Shown here piece by piece: positions 13,101-25,311 of a DNA stretch of 64,000 nt. Positions within the stretch are counted from its first letter, which is position 1; each line of letters opens with the position of its first letter. Source of the stretch: Fimicolochytrium jonesii (Eukaryota); NCBI RefSeq assembly GCF_025526975.1, contig NW_026515695.1:62001-126000 (forward strand), given 5' to 3'. Below the pieces are notes generated by a model that did no database searches, was not told the DNA's origin, and saw only the letters and a program-made list of their open reading frames with translations. Both the position numbers and the translations under genes were made by a program.

Positions 13101-14825
13101 ATTCCACCTCAGCGCTGGGAGCTGGCGTCGCGCGGACAAACTCCATGAGCTCTGTTGCATCCACCAAGGCCAAGCAAGAGTTTGATGCTTTGTTTGAGTC
13201 CAACAAGCCCAAAACTGCCGCGCCAGCACCTATTCCTCGCCCCACAACCCCTGCACCAATTGCGCCTTCCCCCGCCGCGGGAACTACCATCCCGCGACCC
13301 AGCACGCCCAGTCCCGACAAGGCTTCCCCGTCTCGTATCAACACCGGGTCCCCAACACGGCCACCACCTCCAGCTCCACCCACACCGCGCGGGCAATCTC
13401 CTGGTCCACAGGTCCCACCAAGTCCGGGTTCCTCCCCGACGAAGAAACCTGCCAGTCTCAAAGGGTTCTCGTTAGGCTTTGAGCCTCGAAAGGACGTCAA
13501 TAGCGGAGATCACTCCATGAAGCCCGCCAGTGTTAGGAGTGTGCCGTTGTTCGAGTCTGAGGAGAAGGACTCGGCGCAGGTACTTGCGCCCACTCCTCTC
13601 TCTGCACCTGCGAAGAGTACGGCCGATTTGTTTGGGACTGCTGAAGTCGACTTTGCTGGAGCGTTTGGAGGAGCACCGCCAGCGCTTGTTCCCACAACAT
13701 CCGCTTCTGCTTCCCCCGCGCAGGATGCGAGTGCGAGTGCAGCGCGGCCTGCTCAATCCCCTGCAGATGTTGGCTTTGGCATCGGCTCTGCTGATCAGAT
13801 GGCTGGGTTTGGAACTCCCGCGTTTGATCTGAGCAGCGACGACATCTTCCCTGCCGTCGCTCTGCAAAATGCCCCGGCCGGACCGTCGCCGGCACCATCT
13901 CAGCCTCTAGGTCCCTCGGCATTCGACGCCGATTTCGAGTCGAACTTTGGGAGCTTGCAGAGCGACAATAACTCGGGTTCCACTCCTGCTCTGCCCAAAC
14001 CTGCCACAGTGAAAAGCGACGATGCCTTCAGCGCCATGTCAGCCATCGACATTGACGCCGAGATGGAAAACGCATTCATCGAGTCAAACGCTACGGAAGC
14101 GGAGAGAGTGAAGCGCGCCGCGACCCCGGATTTTGACACGCAAGGGTTCGCCGCAAAGGACTTTGACGACGACGCGTTCGAGTTCACTGCCACTTTCGAC
14201 AACGCGTCTATGAAGAGTATGGGCAAGACTGGGAAGCTGACTCAATCTCCCAAATTCGAGGCTGCGTTCGACACGGCCTTCCCGCCCGCCAGCAACGACC
14301 CGTTTGCGGCGTCGGACCCGTTCGGATTCAAAGCGTCGCCGCCACGGACCTCCACTGCCGCTGCGCAAATGTCGGTCGCGGACATGGACGCGGTGTTTGG
14401 AGGTGGACCCAACACGGCTAAGCCTGAGCAGAACGGAACCGCCACCGCCAATGGGTTTGACGATGTGTTTGGAAGCTTCCAAGCTGCCTTTCCGCCCGTA
14501 GGAGCATCATCGTCAACAGCTCCATCGACGTCTCCCACCAACATTGACACGGCGAAATCGAAAGCTGCGTCCCCAGGGAAGAAGCCCGCCCCGCCATTAC
14601 CGCAACGTGCTGCTACGACAGACGACGCGGATGAGGTCAAGCAGATCACGGCGCTTGGGTTTACAAAGGAGCAGGCTATCAATGCGTTGGAGTTGTAAGT
14701 GGAGTCAACTCGATCGTAGGATTTTGTTGACCGCGTTGTTGACAGGTTTTTTCGTTCTCTCCCTGTACAGGAACGCGTTTGATGTTGCTCAAGCGACGAA
14801 CTACCTTTTGGATGCAAGCAAGTGA
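10155..14825 (+). CDS. EDE1: Ede1/Eps15 endocytic scaffold (three EH domains, coiled coil, proline-rich and DPF region, C-terminal UBA)
   Basis: EH motifs LPQHLLGEIW, LPLDVLSKIW and LPQLELAKIWDLAD; long Q/E-rich coiled coil; DPF motifs; UBA (LGFTKEQAINAL...DVAQATNYLL). Exon 1 starts MADPKNSW at 10155. Confidence 0.92.
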
Positions 14826-16173
14826 TAGTCGCAATAGCACACAAGCAACCGGCACAATCAAACGCAAAGCACACGCAGGCAGTCCATTCCGGCCACCGTA
14901 ACCCCGATCAACCAAGTTCTTCTTTTTCCAACCTTCTCATACTACGCTATTTCACACCTTCGGGCACCTCTTCAAAATAGGAGGCATCTCGTCCATTTTC
15001 TTGTTACCTTATAATTTGACATGGTGCCTCGCATTCTATCCCTCTACTACTTTTCTAGTACTTTGCGAATACACTGCAGCTCTCGTGAATGTTTTTTCCC
15101 GCGCATCACAGGATCTCTGCATAACCTATGAAGATGGAGATGGACTAGCCACATGGACAACGGAGCATGGCTGGTGGATATATGTATATGGAAGGGAGAT
15201 TCACGGACTGCCACCCATGGACAACCTTGGATGCCATTGGGCCTGATGGTAGATCATATAATATGCTTGCATGATGGTCTATCTCCGACAAGGAGCACCA
15301 CGTCAAACACAGAGTGGCCGTATCTGCCAGTTGCATTTGCCGCGGCAGAATGTGGCGAGACTCGGCGAGACGCGTGGAAGGTCTTGCGTATTGCGAAGGC
15401 GACGGTCGCGGTAAACCGTTGGTCGCATCGAATTGTGAAGTTATGGGTGATTGGTTTCACGCTCGCAAGTTTCCGCGTTCACCACCGTTTACACGAACAA
15501 AAAGCTTGCCAAGCACCAATCACCGAGTGGTCAGAGACCTCGAAAGTTTGACAGCGCAGCTGCCGAACACCTACAGGGTACAACCAGAATGTGGTGTGAC
15601 GTTCGACGCCATTCAGTCCCGGTCGATCCGAATCCCTTGAATGCCCGCATTCCCGACGCGTTTCAGCCGTGTTCCAGTCTTCCATGGAGTTTAGGGCGGA
15701 GGTAGTCATCATGGGATTGATGTTGACATTAGACAACAATGGCCGCGTGGGGGCGTTTCTTGCACCTGCCCCACATGTCTGTCTGTTTGTTTATGCGGAT
15801 TGTTGATCGCCAGAGTGACACCGGGCGCCTCCCACCGGGTACCAGTCAGCAGCGCGACGCGCCACACTTGTTTCTCCCACTCCGACTGCTAAAATATTCT
15901 TGGGAAAGAGAGCAAAGAGAACGCTCTGAGGCTTGAGCGGACTGACAAAAACATAACCCCCATCGCTCAACGGCACCCCCCAACTTTCGTCCGGCCTCGT
16001 TTTCTACGTTCTCGCAGGCTCTCGAAATAAAGTGACCTCTCCTCTCTCCAAGGCATTCTTTCGCTCGCTGGACGACGACTCAATACCACCCACGCCCCAA
16101 GCAACCTGAAAATCTCCCTCATCTCATAGGGGCACGGCAAAACGAAATCTGATCTAGTACATACCACCACAAG

Positions 16174-17459
16174 ATGGCCACCCCGTCCGTAAACCTCCAA
16201 AATGCGTGCGCCATGGGCTACCTCGCCTCAACAAAGACAACAGACCCGTTAGCAGCAATGGCCTTCTGCCAAAAGGAGTTCACCGACTTTGGCGTTAACG
16301 TCGCTTACACCGTCGGGCCGAAATTTGGTGGACCTTCCCTCGTCCTGGGAGCTTGTCTGCCGTTTCTAGCCATTTCGTTCATCGTCGCCATAATACGTCT
16401 GTGGAAGCGAATGAGCCTGAGAGCGGCGTTTTTGATGCTGGCTGTCGCGGGAAATGTGTGTTTCATGACTGCGATCATGATAGCGACCGTCAAGCCGCCT
16501 GCATCCATTTTCACCGATAAGCTTGGTGTTCTCGGTCTTTTGACCATTCTGACATTCGTGACAATGGCAGCGATCATCCGGTCCTCGATCCTCATGAAAG
16601 AGAGCCGACGCAAACTCTTTGTCGGAATCACCTGTGGTGCCCTCGCGATCTACGGCGGCGGTCTCGTCTACCTTGCCCTCAAGGAAATCAACGACTCCCC
16701 AACAGTGCCTACCCGCTTCAGTGTTCGCTTCGTCGGGTTTTTCTATATCCCTTTGATCGTGTACATCATCGCCGGTCTGTTTTGCTTCTCGTGGAACTTG
16801 CCCAAGCACTGGGGCGCGACGAACGTCTCGGGAAACAATGGCGGCAGCTCCCGTGTTGCGGCTATGATACGGACCCTCAGGGTTGTCAACGACTTTATGA
16901 TGGGATTCGTTCTCGTCGTGTGTTTGAGCGAGTTGGCTGTCGTGTTCCCATTGCGAAGTGAGTACCATCTTCCTGCTGAGGGCATGATGCAGCATTTGCG
17001 ATCCAACCTTCCATCCTAATCATTCCCTTCTTCCCTCCAGCCTCCGACTTTGGCAACCCGTCCGCCTGCCTGCACATGACACTCATTCTCTTCCTCGAAA
17101 ACATGTTCGAAACCGTTTCCAACCTCCTCAAAAACAACCATGCCTTCATCACTCGCATGCAAGAATCCGTTGTCAAATCCGGCACCCGCAACGCCAACAA
17201 CACCAACTCACCCCACATCGCCAACAACCGGCACAACAGCGAGGCTTACAACATGGGATCCCACCAGCACGGCCTGTCCTCGTCTACCGTCCTCTCTGAG
17301 AGCTGGGTAGAGGATCCCGAGGCTCGAGGATACGAGGCGCCGATGGAGCGCGAGATGGCGCATGCTGGGCAGATGGCGCATGGTGGGCAAATGGCGTATG
17401 CCGGGCAGAACAAGTATGGAACGCAGAGCTATGAGGACTGGCAGCAAAGGCGGTATTAG
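16174..17459 (+). CDS. Orphan seven-transmembrane protein (GPCR-like topology), 2 exons
   Basis: Seven hydrophobic segments after removing intron 16958-17040. The polar C-tail carries three MA[HY][AG]GQ repeats. Confidence 0.75.
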
Positions 17460-17762
17460 ATCTTAGATCCATGCGGACACGTCCCCCTTTCATCGGCGTA
17501 GTTTTTTTCCCACTCTTCTATGTAGAGGGCCCTACTTCCCAGTGTGCTAGTGTAGACACCCAGAGATATAGGCCCACGCTACCTTTCGTTTACAGCAGAT
17601 GTAGGGCGTCACGCCCAGAGTGTATATAGTTGGGTTGCTGCGATACCCCGCTGTGCGGGGTCAGGGAGAAATATATGGGATTTTTCGATACTTCTCTTGC
17701 AACGAATCACGGTGGCAGACCCCCCAAAAAGGTCAATCTGATTGCAAATGCCTCAAAGTCAC

Positions 17763-19872
17763 TTAATCCCCACCCGCCCCTTCATGCTCAATCAACGTTG
17801 GTGAAAACTCCGTCTCAAGCACGCTCTCTTCATACTCTTCCGTCCCATTGATCTGGTTGAGGTAGTCAGGGTTAGCGAGCGTCTGGGAGATGGTAGACAT
17901 AGAGGGCCTGTGCCGCGCTTCGGCGGCCCAGCACATTGACATCAGCCATGACTGCGTGAGGAATGAGGAGATGTAAGTGAGGGATGTGACAAGGTCGAAG
18001 GTTATGATGTGTGTAATCCAGAACGTACTAGATGCTCGGGAGTGTACTCGGGTATCTCGGGTCTCATATTTTCCAACAAGACCTGCACCAAGCAAGACCA
18101 TCGTCAGCCACACCCAACTCCCAATGCACCAGCAGCCCAACTCAAACCCATACCTTCATCCCAATAATCATCGCATTCATATTCTCATAGGGTGGCGCCC
18201 TCGTCACAATCTCATGTAACAGGATCCCATATGCATACACATCCAACGCCTTCCAATCCTTCACGAACGACGGGCCGCGGAGCAGTTCCGGGCCGAGCCA
18301 TTCCGTGCGGGCTAGGTACCGGCTCGTGGTTGAACGGAGGGGCGAGAGAAAGGGGTTGGTGATGCCGTAGTCGGTGAGTTTGGGGGTTAGGTCGGGGCCG
18401 AGCTAGTGAGTGGGAGGTGAGATGGGCTGCGTGGGGTGGGAATGGGGACGGGGAGGGCGGGGCTTACCAGGATGTTTTGGGATTTGAGATTGGAGTGTGC
18501 GACGGGTGGGTCTTGTTCGTGGAGGAAGAGCAGACCTGCGTAGGCGAAGGGGTTTGGTGAGGAACATGTATCATAGTACCGGAGGCGATACTCTCACCGG
18601 CCACATACCTGCACAAACCCCCGACGCAAACGCCATCGCAACATCCAATGAAATCTCAATACTCGGCTCATGCAAATACGTCCACAGATCGCCGCGGGGC
18701 ATGTACTCGGTCAACACGCCCACATTCGGCGGGGTGATGCACGCCGCGAGAATGGGCAGCAGGTTCGGGTGGAACAATTTGCGAATGTTGCCAATTTCGG
18801 TGCGGAGCTGCCGCACGTCTTCGGCGGTGATGCGTTTTTGGTTGAGGGGGGTGCGGATGATGACGTTGTAGTTGTTCCATTTGCCGCGGCGGGTGATGAT
18901 GTGGTGTGAGACATAGAGGGGTTCGGGGACCGTTTGGACGGTTGTTGCGGCGATTTCCCAGTCCACGCCGCCTTTGAGTGTGTTCATGCGGTGAGAAAGT
19001 GCGTTCTTTGAGGGACGCGATTATAGGGAGCATAATCTTACCTTTCGCCAGAAACCTTGTCTTCGCCTCCTCTTTAGCCTGCGCAAATGTCCGTGCTGCA
19101 TCCAGCATGTTGGATGATGCACATCTCAAGCAACCCCTACCGAAAACAATCCCACGTACCAGGCGCCTGTATGGTCTGCGCACCCTCCGCAGAGCCTTCC
19201 AACTCCTCCCTAATCTCCAGACTCGTCCGCCCCAACGGCGTCTTCTGATATTTATTCTTGATAGCAACCCATGCCCCTGCCTCCTTTGTCAGATAAACAG
19301 CTACATCTTGATGCCGCCAGAAACAGGCGTAATGTAGTGCGGTGTTGCCATGATCGTTGGCCTGGTTCACTTCAGTAATGGTAGGCGAGGGTTAGCAAAC
19401 GTTGTTTGGACCGCCCGCATGTACGTGTCTGGTGCCCCCACTCACCTTCGGCGCCTTTCGCAACGAGCTACTGTGCAATTGCGAGGTCAGCATCCAGTGG
19501 ACCATGTGTACAGATTTGGAAATGGCACACCGACCTTCTTGACGATATCCAGCGCCCCAAGTGCAGAAGCCAATATCAGCGGCGTGTCTCCGGCGACGTT
19601 CAGAGCGTTCAGATCTACATTTGACTGCCGCAGGCACCAATCCACGACCGCTGGCTTTCCTAGATCGCAGAGGTCGATGAGGATTGATGCCATGGTTTCC
19701 TGCTCAACAAACTTGAGTTGATTCTCCTACCTGCTTTGGAAGCCACATGCAGAACCGTATTCTCCTGCTGGTCTCTTTCGGCCGCGCCCTCCGTCTCTTG
19801 CTCAGGATCCTGCACGATTTGCTCTATTGCCTCCACGTCCCCTTCCTTTGCTTTCTCATGGATGAGACCCAT
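17763..19872 (-). CDS. ILK: Integrin-linked kinase-like protein (ankyrin repeats plus pseudokinase), multi-exon
   Basis: NDHGNTALHYACFW...AWVAIKNKYQKTPL matches ILK ankyrin repeats (NEHGNVPLHYACFW...ALVSICNKYGEMPV). The kinase fold includes HPNLLPILAAC, HSNLKSQN, DYG and MNAMIIGMKVLLENMRPEIP. Confidence 0.85.
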
Positions 19873-20513
19873 CTCAACCGGGATTTGTTGGGTTAAAACT
19901 CTGCTAACTTTACTATCAGGCAAACCGCCCTATCGCAAAAAAAGACTTGGGGGCGATTTGCCGATGCACAGAGACCTTGTGCAAAAGCCGAGGGTTGTTT
20001 CTGGGGGGTAAGATCGGGCAATAAGGGGAGGCTGGACTGGAGACCCAACGAGCACGGCTCATTCAAACTTTCCCACGGTGGGTCTGTAATTTGACCTTAG
20101 ACTAAGGAGTTTCCCAGAGAATGTAGGGGTTCGAAGGTTGCCGTTGGAACAAAGGTGAGAGCTGAGGCGAAAACGCGTGACACACCTATTGACGCGTGCG
20201 ATTCGGACTGCCGACTGTCGCTTGACGAAAGGAAGCTGTACGGACTGATGTACTGTACGTCCGCCAGCATCAGTTCAGCATTCATATAGCTAGATCTCCG
20301 TCACGTCATAATTTACGGAAGGAATGTGGACAGTAGTGGTTCCCATCACGAGGGGGTGGGACTACGAGGGCTATATCGGCAGATGGAGAATAGGCAGCAC
20401 GGCGCCTAGCAGAAGTCTATTCTAGAGGGCACGAGTGATCCTTAGAGTTTATGCGGTGGACCAGCCCGTCATGCCCATACGCCACGATTGAGCGTGTCTC
20501 GATATTGAAGGTG

Positions 20514-21647
20514 CTATAAAGCTTTCGCCTTGCCCGCATCAGCCGTCTCCAGAGCAGCCAAGTTCCCGGGCCACAGGGGTATCAGTCTCGAGGTAGAGCG
20601 CTGATACAACTACACGAATGTAAATGGTGTCAGGACCAAGCATGCAACAGCCATTACACGCCACATCTCATTACTCACCTTGTACAGAGGGTACTTCCGC
20701 GCCGTAATGTACTCCGTGAAAGTAGTGCTGCCCTGGAAGAGCAGTGTCAACTGCACTGCCCCCACAATCGTCCAATTCACAAGCCGATACGGATCCTCAG
20801 CAACCAAGCCGACCAGCGTCTCCAAGGTGAGGTTCGATCCCTTCTGCGCCGCAAGACCCGCCAGGTTCGCTGACACGGAGAACGCGTAGACACACCACCA
20901 CAGAGAGATCTCGCAAAAGAAGTTGGGGTGGCGAGAGTACTTGAACAGCCCAGATGTAATGAACCCGCGCGCAAACTTCGGGTCGTTTTCAACCGAGCCC
21001 TTTCCAGCCTTCTTCCGGGCATCTAATCTAGCATACTTTGCGGTCTGGAACGCAAGCTGCTGGTTATCCGCCGTGATTTCCCCTATCAAGCATGCCGCGA
21101 AGGCGCCCAACACGATCGTGTCCAGTGACGTCCATTCTGGCGCCACAGTCCCACTGCGCTTTATTTGTGTCATCGGTACCGCGATGCAGAGCAAGAGGAG
21201 GTTTTGGTAGAAGGAAATGAAAACGAGATGGAAGGCCTGCCAGAGGAAGCCTGCAGGGATGATTTGGCGCAGGTATTCCCATCGGTAGTCTTCGTCCTTT
21301 GGGTTATAACCACCTCTTTGAATCGCAATCGACGAGGCACGTCAGCTACTCAACGCCGCGGTTGGTAAAGCAACCCAGAACTGCCCTCGCACTCACTTTC
21401 TCCAAAAATTGTACGACAGCCTCAACCCCCAGATCAGAATTGCAGTCGAGACTACTTGACTCCGGATATCCGCCCCGGCCAAAAAGTAGGTGTAGACAAC
21501 AGGGAAGATGGACCATCCTCTGTCCACCCAGGAGCAATTGCCGGTCAGCAGACCCAAGACGTAGCAGAGGGTGGTGAGCACCCCGAAGGCGTAGAGGGTC
21601 GGGTTCCCGACCTCTTCGAAGGCTTCGTTTAGGAGGCCGGCCCACAT
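20514..21647 (-). CDS. DUF1295 / steroid 5-alpha-reductase-like membrane protein, 3 exons
   Basis: NCSWVDRGWS, IWGLRLSYNFWRKGG, EDYRW, ADNQQ, GFITSGLFKYSRHPNFFCE, KYPLYKLYQRST. Confidence 0.88.
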
Positions 21648-22263
21648 TGTTTCTGGCGGAGTTCTGTGAGGTACTTTGCTGCGGAGAGGGGATGTTGCTT
21701 CACGTCGTCGTTGGCCAAGAAACCGTGCGGAGAATCGACCTCTCCAACCCCTGAGACCCCTGCTCTTGAAAACTTAGACCGACGGAACCTCGCACTTCTT
21801 CCACCCATTTTGTGCCTTTGCTCAGCGGCTACATCTCGAGGTAAGGCCACCAACAGCCCAACACTGGACTGCTCACCCAATAGTACCATGGTGACACTGC
21901 ATTGCATACCAGTGGCTTTCGAACTCGTCTCTGACGGTTGTGTCTTTTGCGAAGGGAAGTTGGACCTGTTGATGAGCGTTTTAAGTCGGCATTGAAGTAT
22001 GTAATAACTGTTCGAGACTTCCGTTGGAGATCTTGGACCGTGGCTGGCCCGTGGGGATCAGAGCGGGGATCAACGTGGCAGAGACAACCACGCGACGTTC
22101 GCCTTACAAACCCCATCTTGCCCCCAACATTCAACACCTCTACATGCAATCTCTCTCGACATTCACAACGCAAGCCCTCGGAACCACCCTCCCTACCCTC
22201 TTCCACGCCGCCCACACCTCAACCTCCTCGTCCGCAACCTGCGCCGCATACCCAACCGCAATA

Positions 22264-22464
22264 ATGTCCTCCACACCGCCAACCGACAAGAAGCCCACCG
22301 AAAAGCCAGAGGAGAAACCCGCACCTGCAACCGACGACAGCGTGATGGACGCCATATTCAATAAACCGATGAAGGGGCCTACTACGGGGCCGTATATACT
22401 TCATGGGAAAACTCAGCCGTATCCGCCGAAGAGGATTCCGGTGGTTCCTGTTAAGAGGTTGTAG
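22264..22464 (+). CDS. Putative 66-aa proline/lysine-rich small protein
   Basis: ATG in an ATAATG context after a C-rich leader, with a clean stop. No recognisable domain. Confidence 0.4.
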   Translation: MSSTPPTDKKPTEKPEEKPAPATDDSVMDAIFNKPMKGPTTGPYILHGKTQPYPPKRIPVVPVKRL

Positions 22465-22826
22465 GGTTAGCTACCTTCTTGTCGGTGGCATGGTGGATGT
22501 GTTTCGTATTGTAGAGAGTACGTAGCTAGGTCAGTTTTGGGAAGAGGAGAGTTCGTCCGCCGCCAGACCCGGTGGCAAGCCGTCGCCAACGCTGAGGATC
22601 CATCGAACGTAGGCTTACGATGGACGGTAGCGGTCGGGCAAAAGACATCAGGAAGTTTGCTAGATACAACTGCGTTCTTCAATGGATAGCTTTCGTAATA
22701 GAACAGAGAAGAACGAGTGCAGTTACGTCCTGGAACTTGTGACATGGAGATATGATTTCATTGATTTAGAGTAACATTGCATAGGGAAATACACTGATTC
22801 CACAGAGTACAGTATATACACGAAAT

Positions 22827-23330
22827 CTACTCCAACAACGCATCAAGAACCTCAGCAGCCGTGCGCTTCGCCTTGCTGGTCGTCGCGGCGTTGCATCTTC
22901 CCTCGTACGTGGGCTCCGGCGCATAATTGATAGATAAAATGACATTCTTTGACTCGGAGCTATGCTCGGCCATCCGATCGATCCCAGAGAGGTCCTTAAA
23001 CTTCACAGTTTCAACCTTCTCCCCACCAAGACGCTGCTCAATCGGTTTCACAATGTCCCGCCCCGTCGTCTCCTCTGGCCCGTTGACGACATACGCGCCC
23101 GGTTGTGTTTCTCCGTGTCGCAGTATAAACCCCAGCGACAATCCCTTCTGCGTCCCCGTCCTGCGATAAATCTTGATGAATTTCACAGCGGGCCACAGGA
23201 AAAAATTCAGAAACCCGTTCGGCTGCAGCGACGTCCAGTGCAAGTTGCTGAACTCGGGCTGGCTGAGCATCGTCTCGATCGCCCAGTGGGAACGCGGGTA
23301 GTATGCCTTGAAATCCGCGATGCGCTTGTG
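22827..23330 (-). pseudogene. C-terminal fragment of an NmrA-like NAD(P)-binding protein, apparently truncated and internally deleted
   Basis: AYYPRSHWAIETMLSQPEF...WTSLQPN...VNGPEETTG...SKNVILSI..APE...EG.C.A.TTSK. No upstream Rossmann GxxGxxG exon could be found before the neighbouring gene. Confidence 0.6.
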
Positions 23331-23775
23331 CCTGTCTATGATGACGTCAGCAATTAAGCATGAGTCAGCGCAGTCAGAGAAGGCCGCGCTCTTTCACATG
23401 GGTGCATTTCCATCCTACGCACGCACGGAACGCATAAGAACGTTGCAGAGCATACGAGCATTGGAGTTGCCAGCCAAAGGATTGGCGATCTGGTTACACT
23501 CTGGGACGGCTTAGTCAGATACTTGGAGGCTTGCAGGAGCTCCGGAGGCACTTCGCATTGTCCAAGGATCGCACCCATCGCGCATTTAAGGAAGCTTCAG
23601 TGGTACGCTGCCCGTGGGAAATTATCAAACTCCCAAGATCACTTGTACTGACTTCTCGAATGCTTAAGACAGGACTGTTCTACCTCAAGAACAAATTACT
23701 CTTAACTTCGAAGCGCGAGGAAGCGGACTAAGATACGATACGCTCGTGAGAAAGTCTCCATAGAATTCCGGCAGC

Positions 23776-25311
23776 ATGTTTCACCCGAGAGGATGGGATC
23801 TTGCCCGTCGAAGTTGCACATCGGATGTCCTATGCACGGCATCAAGACAACGGTGTAGCTCACGAAAAGCACAGGACATCTCATGCGCACCACATCCGCG
23901 CATGACGAAACGCTCATTGTCTTCCGGTCCAAATTTCTACCACAACCGCATCCTTGAACAGTACGCAGCACGCGAAACCCGTCGCGTCACCCTACGGCAA
24001 TTGACAGTCTTTGGACGAACACTCTCTGAAGAAAAGCTCCTAAAAAGCGCGAACTACGTGCGCGCGGAACTGCCCGTCCGCTTAGCACACCGCATCGCTG
24101 ATTTCCAACATCTTCCGTTCGTCGTCGGCACGAATCCACATATCGAGTTTATATATCATCTGTATTGGGCAGCGTTTGAGATGTTTCGCGCGATCAAGCC
24201 GATAGAGACTTTGGAGCAGAATAGGGAGTTTTGCGAGACGGTGGAGATTATGCTGGATAGGCATCTCGTCGCTATCCCACGTTTAGCTATGGGCATCGCC
24301 GAATCGTCAGAGCATTTGCAACCGCGGGAAGCCGATCGGTTTATGAACGAGATGCTGCGGAGTCGAATTGGGAGAAGAGTGTTGGCGGAACAGCACATCA
24401 AGTTGTCCGCTGTCTTTGATGGCCACGAGCACCAAGAAGAGTCCTTCATTGGCATCGTCAACACAAAATGTCGTGCAGAGGATGTTGTAAGGAAATGCGC
24501 TGCGTTGGCCGGCAAAATCTTTGAGGATGGATTGGGAATACAACCACCGGAAGTAGTCGTCGACGGGTTCCTCGACGCGACGTTCACGTATATCCCGGAC
24601 CAGATCGAGTACATCGTCTTTGAGCTGTTGAAGAACAGTATGTGGGCGACGATCGAGAAGCACGCACCACATGTATTAAACAACCCCCCGGCCCCACAAA
24701 AGTCTCATTCGAACGAAGAAACAGAAGCATCCAGCACGACGGCAGCATACTCAGAGCGGAGGCCCCGACGAGGGGAGGCCTGGGATACCAACGCAGTGAT
24801 GCGAAACATGTTATCGCCAACCGAACGGGACATCAAGTCCATGGACACGACCAACCACGACACGGCCTCAGACAGCCCGAACCCCACCGTCTTACCCTCC
24901 GCATCCTCCGCCGCCAAGCGAAACACCCCTCCCTCCTCCAGCGCACCCACCCTCCCCCCCATCCGCGCCACAATAGGCTCCGCCAGCAACGTCCTCACCT
25001 TCCGCGTCTCCGACCAAGGCGGCGGCATCCCCTCCACTACCCTCCCCTACATCTACTCCTATTCCCACCCCTCCAAGCGCAAGTTCCTCAACCTCGACCG
25101 CGTGCCCCGTCTCGCTGCGAAAGTCCACGAGACCGAGGACGCGCTTATACCCCCCGGGTTGAAGTTGGGACTCGGGCTGCCGATGTCGAAGGTGTATGCG
25201 AATTATTGGGGTGGGGAGCTGGATTTGATGTCGATGGAGGGGTTTGGGACGGATGCGTATCTGAAATTGAAGGTCGGGAATCAGATTGAGAATTTGACGT
25301 ATGTTCCTTGA
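23776..25311 (+). CDS. Mitochondrial alpha-ketoacid dehydrogenase kinase (PDK/BCKDK family, Pkp2-like), intronless
   Basis: ELPVRLAHRI, RSRIGRRVLAEQH, N-box ELLKNS, G1 box SDQGGGI, GLGLPMSKVYA.YWGG, EGFGTDAYL. Arg-rich N-terminal presequence. Confidence 0.92.
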   Translation: MFHPRGWDLARRSCTSDVLCTASRQRCSSRKAQDISCAPHPRMTKRSLSSGPNFYHNRILEQYAARETRRVTLRQLTVFGRTLSEEKLLKSANYVRAELPVRLAHRIADFQHLPFVVGTNPHIEFIYHLYWAAFEMFRAIKPIETLEQNREFCETVEIMLDRHLVAIPRLAMGIAESSEHLQPREADRFMNEMLRSRIGRRVLAEQHIKLSAVFDGHEHQEESFIGIVNTKCRAEDVVRKCAALAGKIFEDGLGIQPPEVVVDGFLDATFTYIPDQIEYIVFELLKNSMWATIEKHAPHVLNNPPAPQKSHSNEETEASSTTAAYSERRPRRGEAWDTNAVMRNMLSPTERDIKSMDTTNHDTASDSPNPTVLPSASSAAKRNTPPSSSAPTLPPIRATIGSASNVLTFRVSDQGGGIPSTTLPYIYSYSHPSKRKFLNLDRVPRLAAKVHETEDALIPPGLKLGLGLPMSKVYANYWGGELDLMSMEGFGTDAYLKLKVGNQIENLTYVP

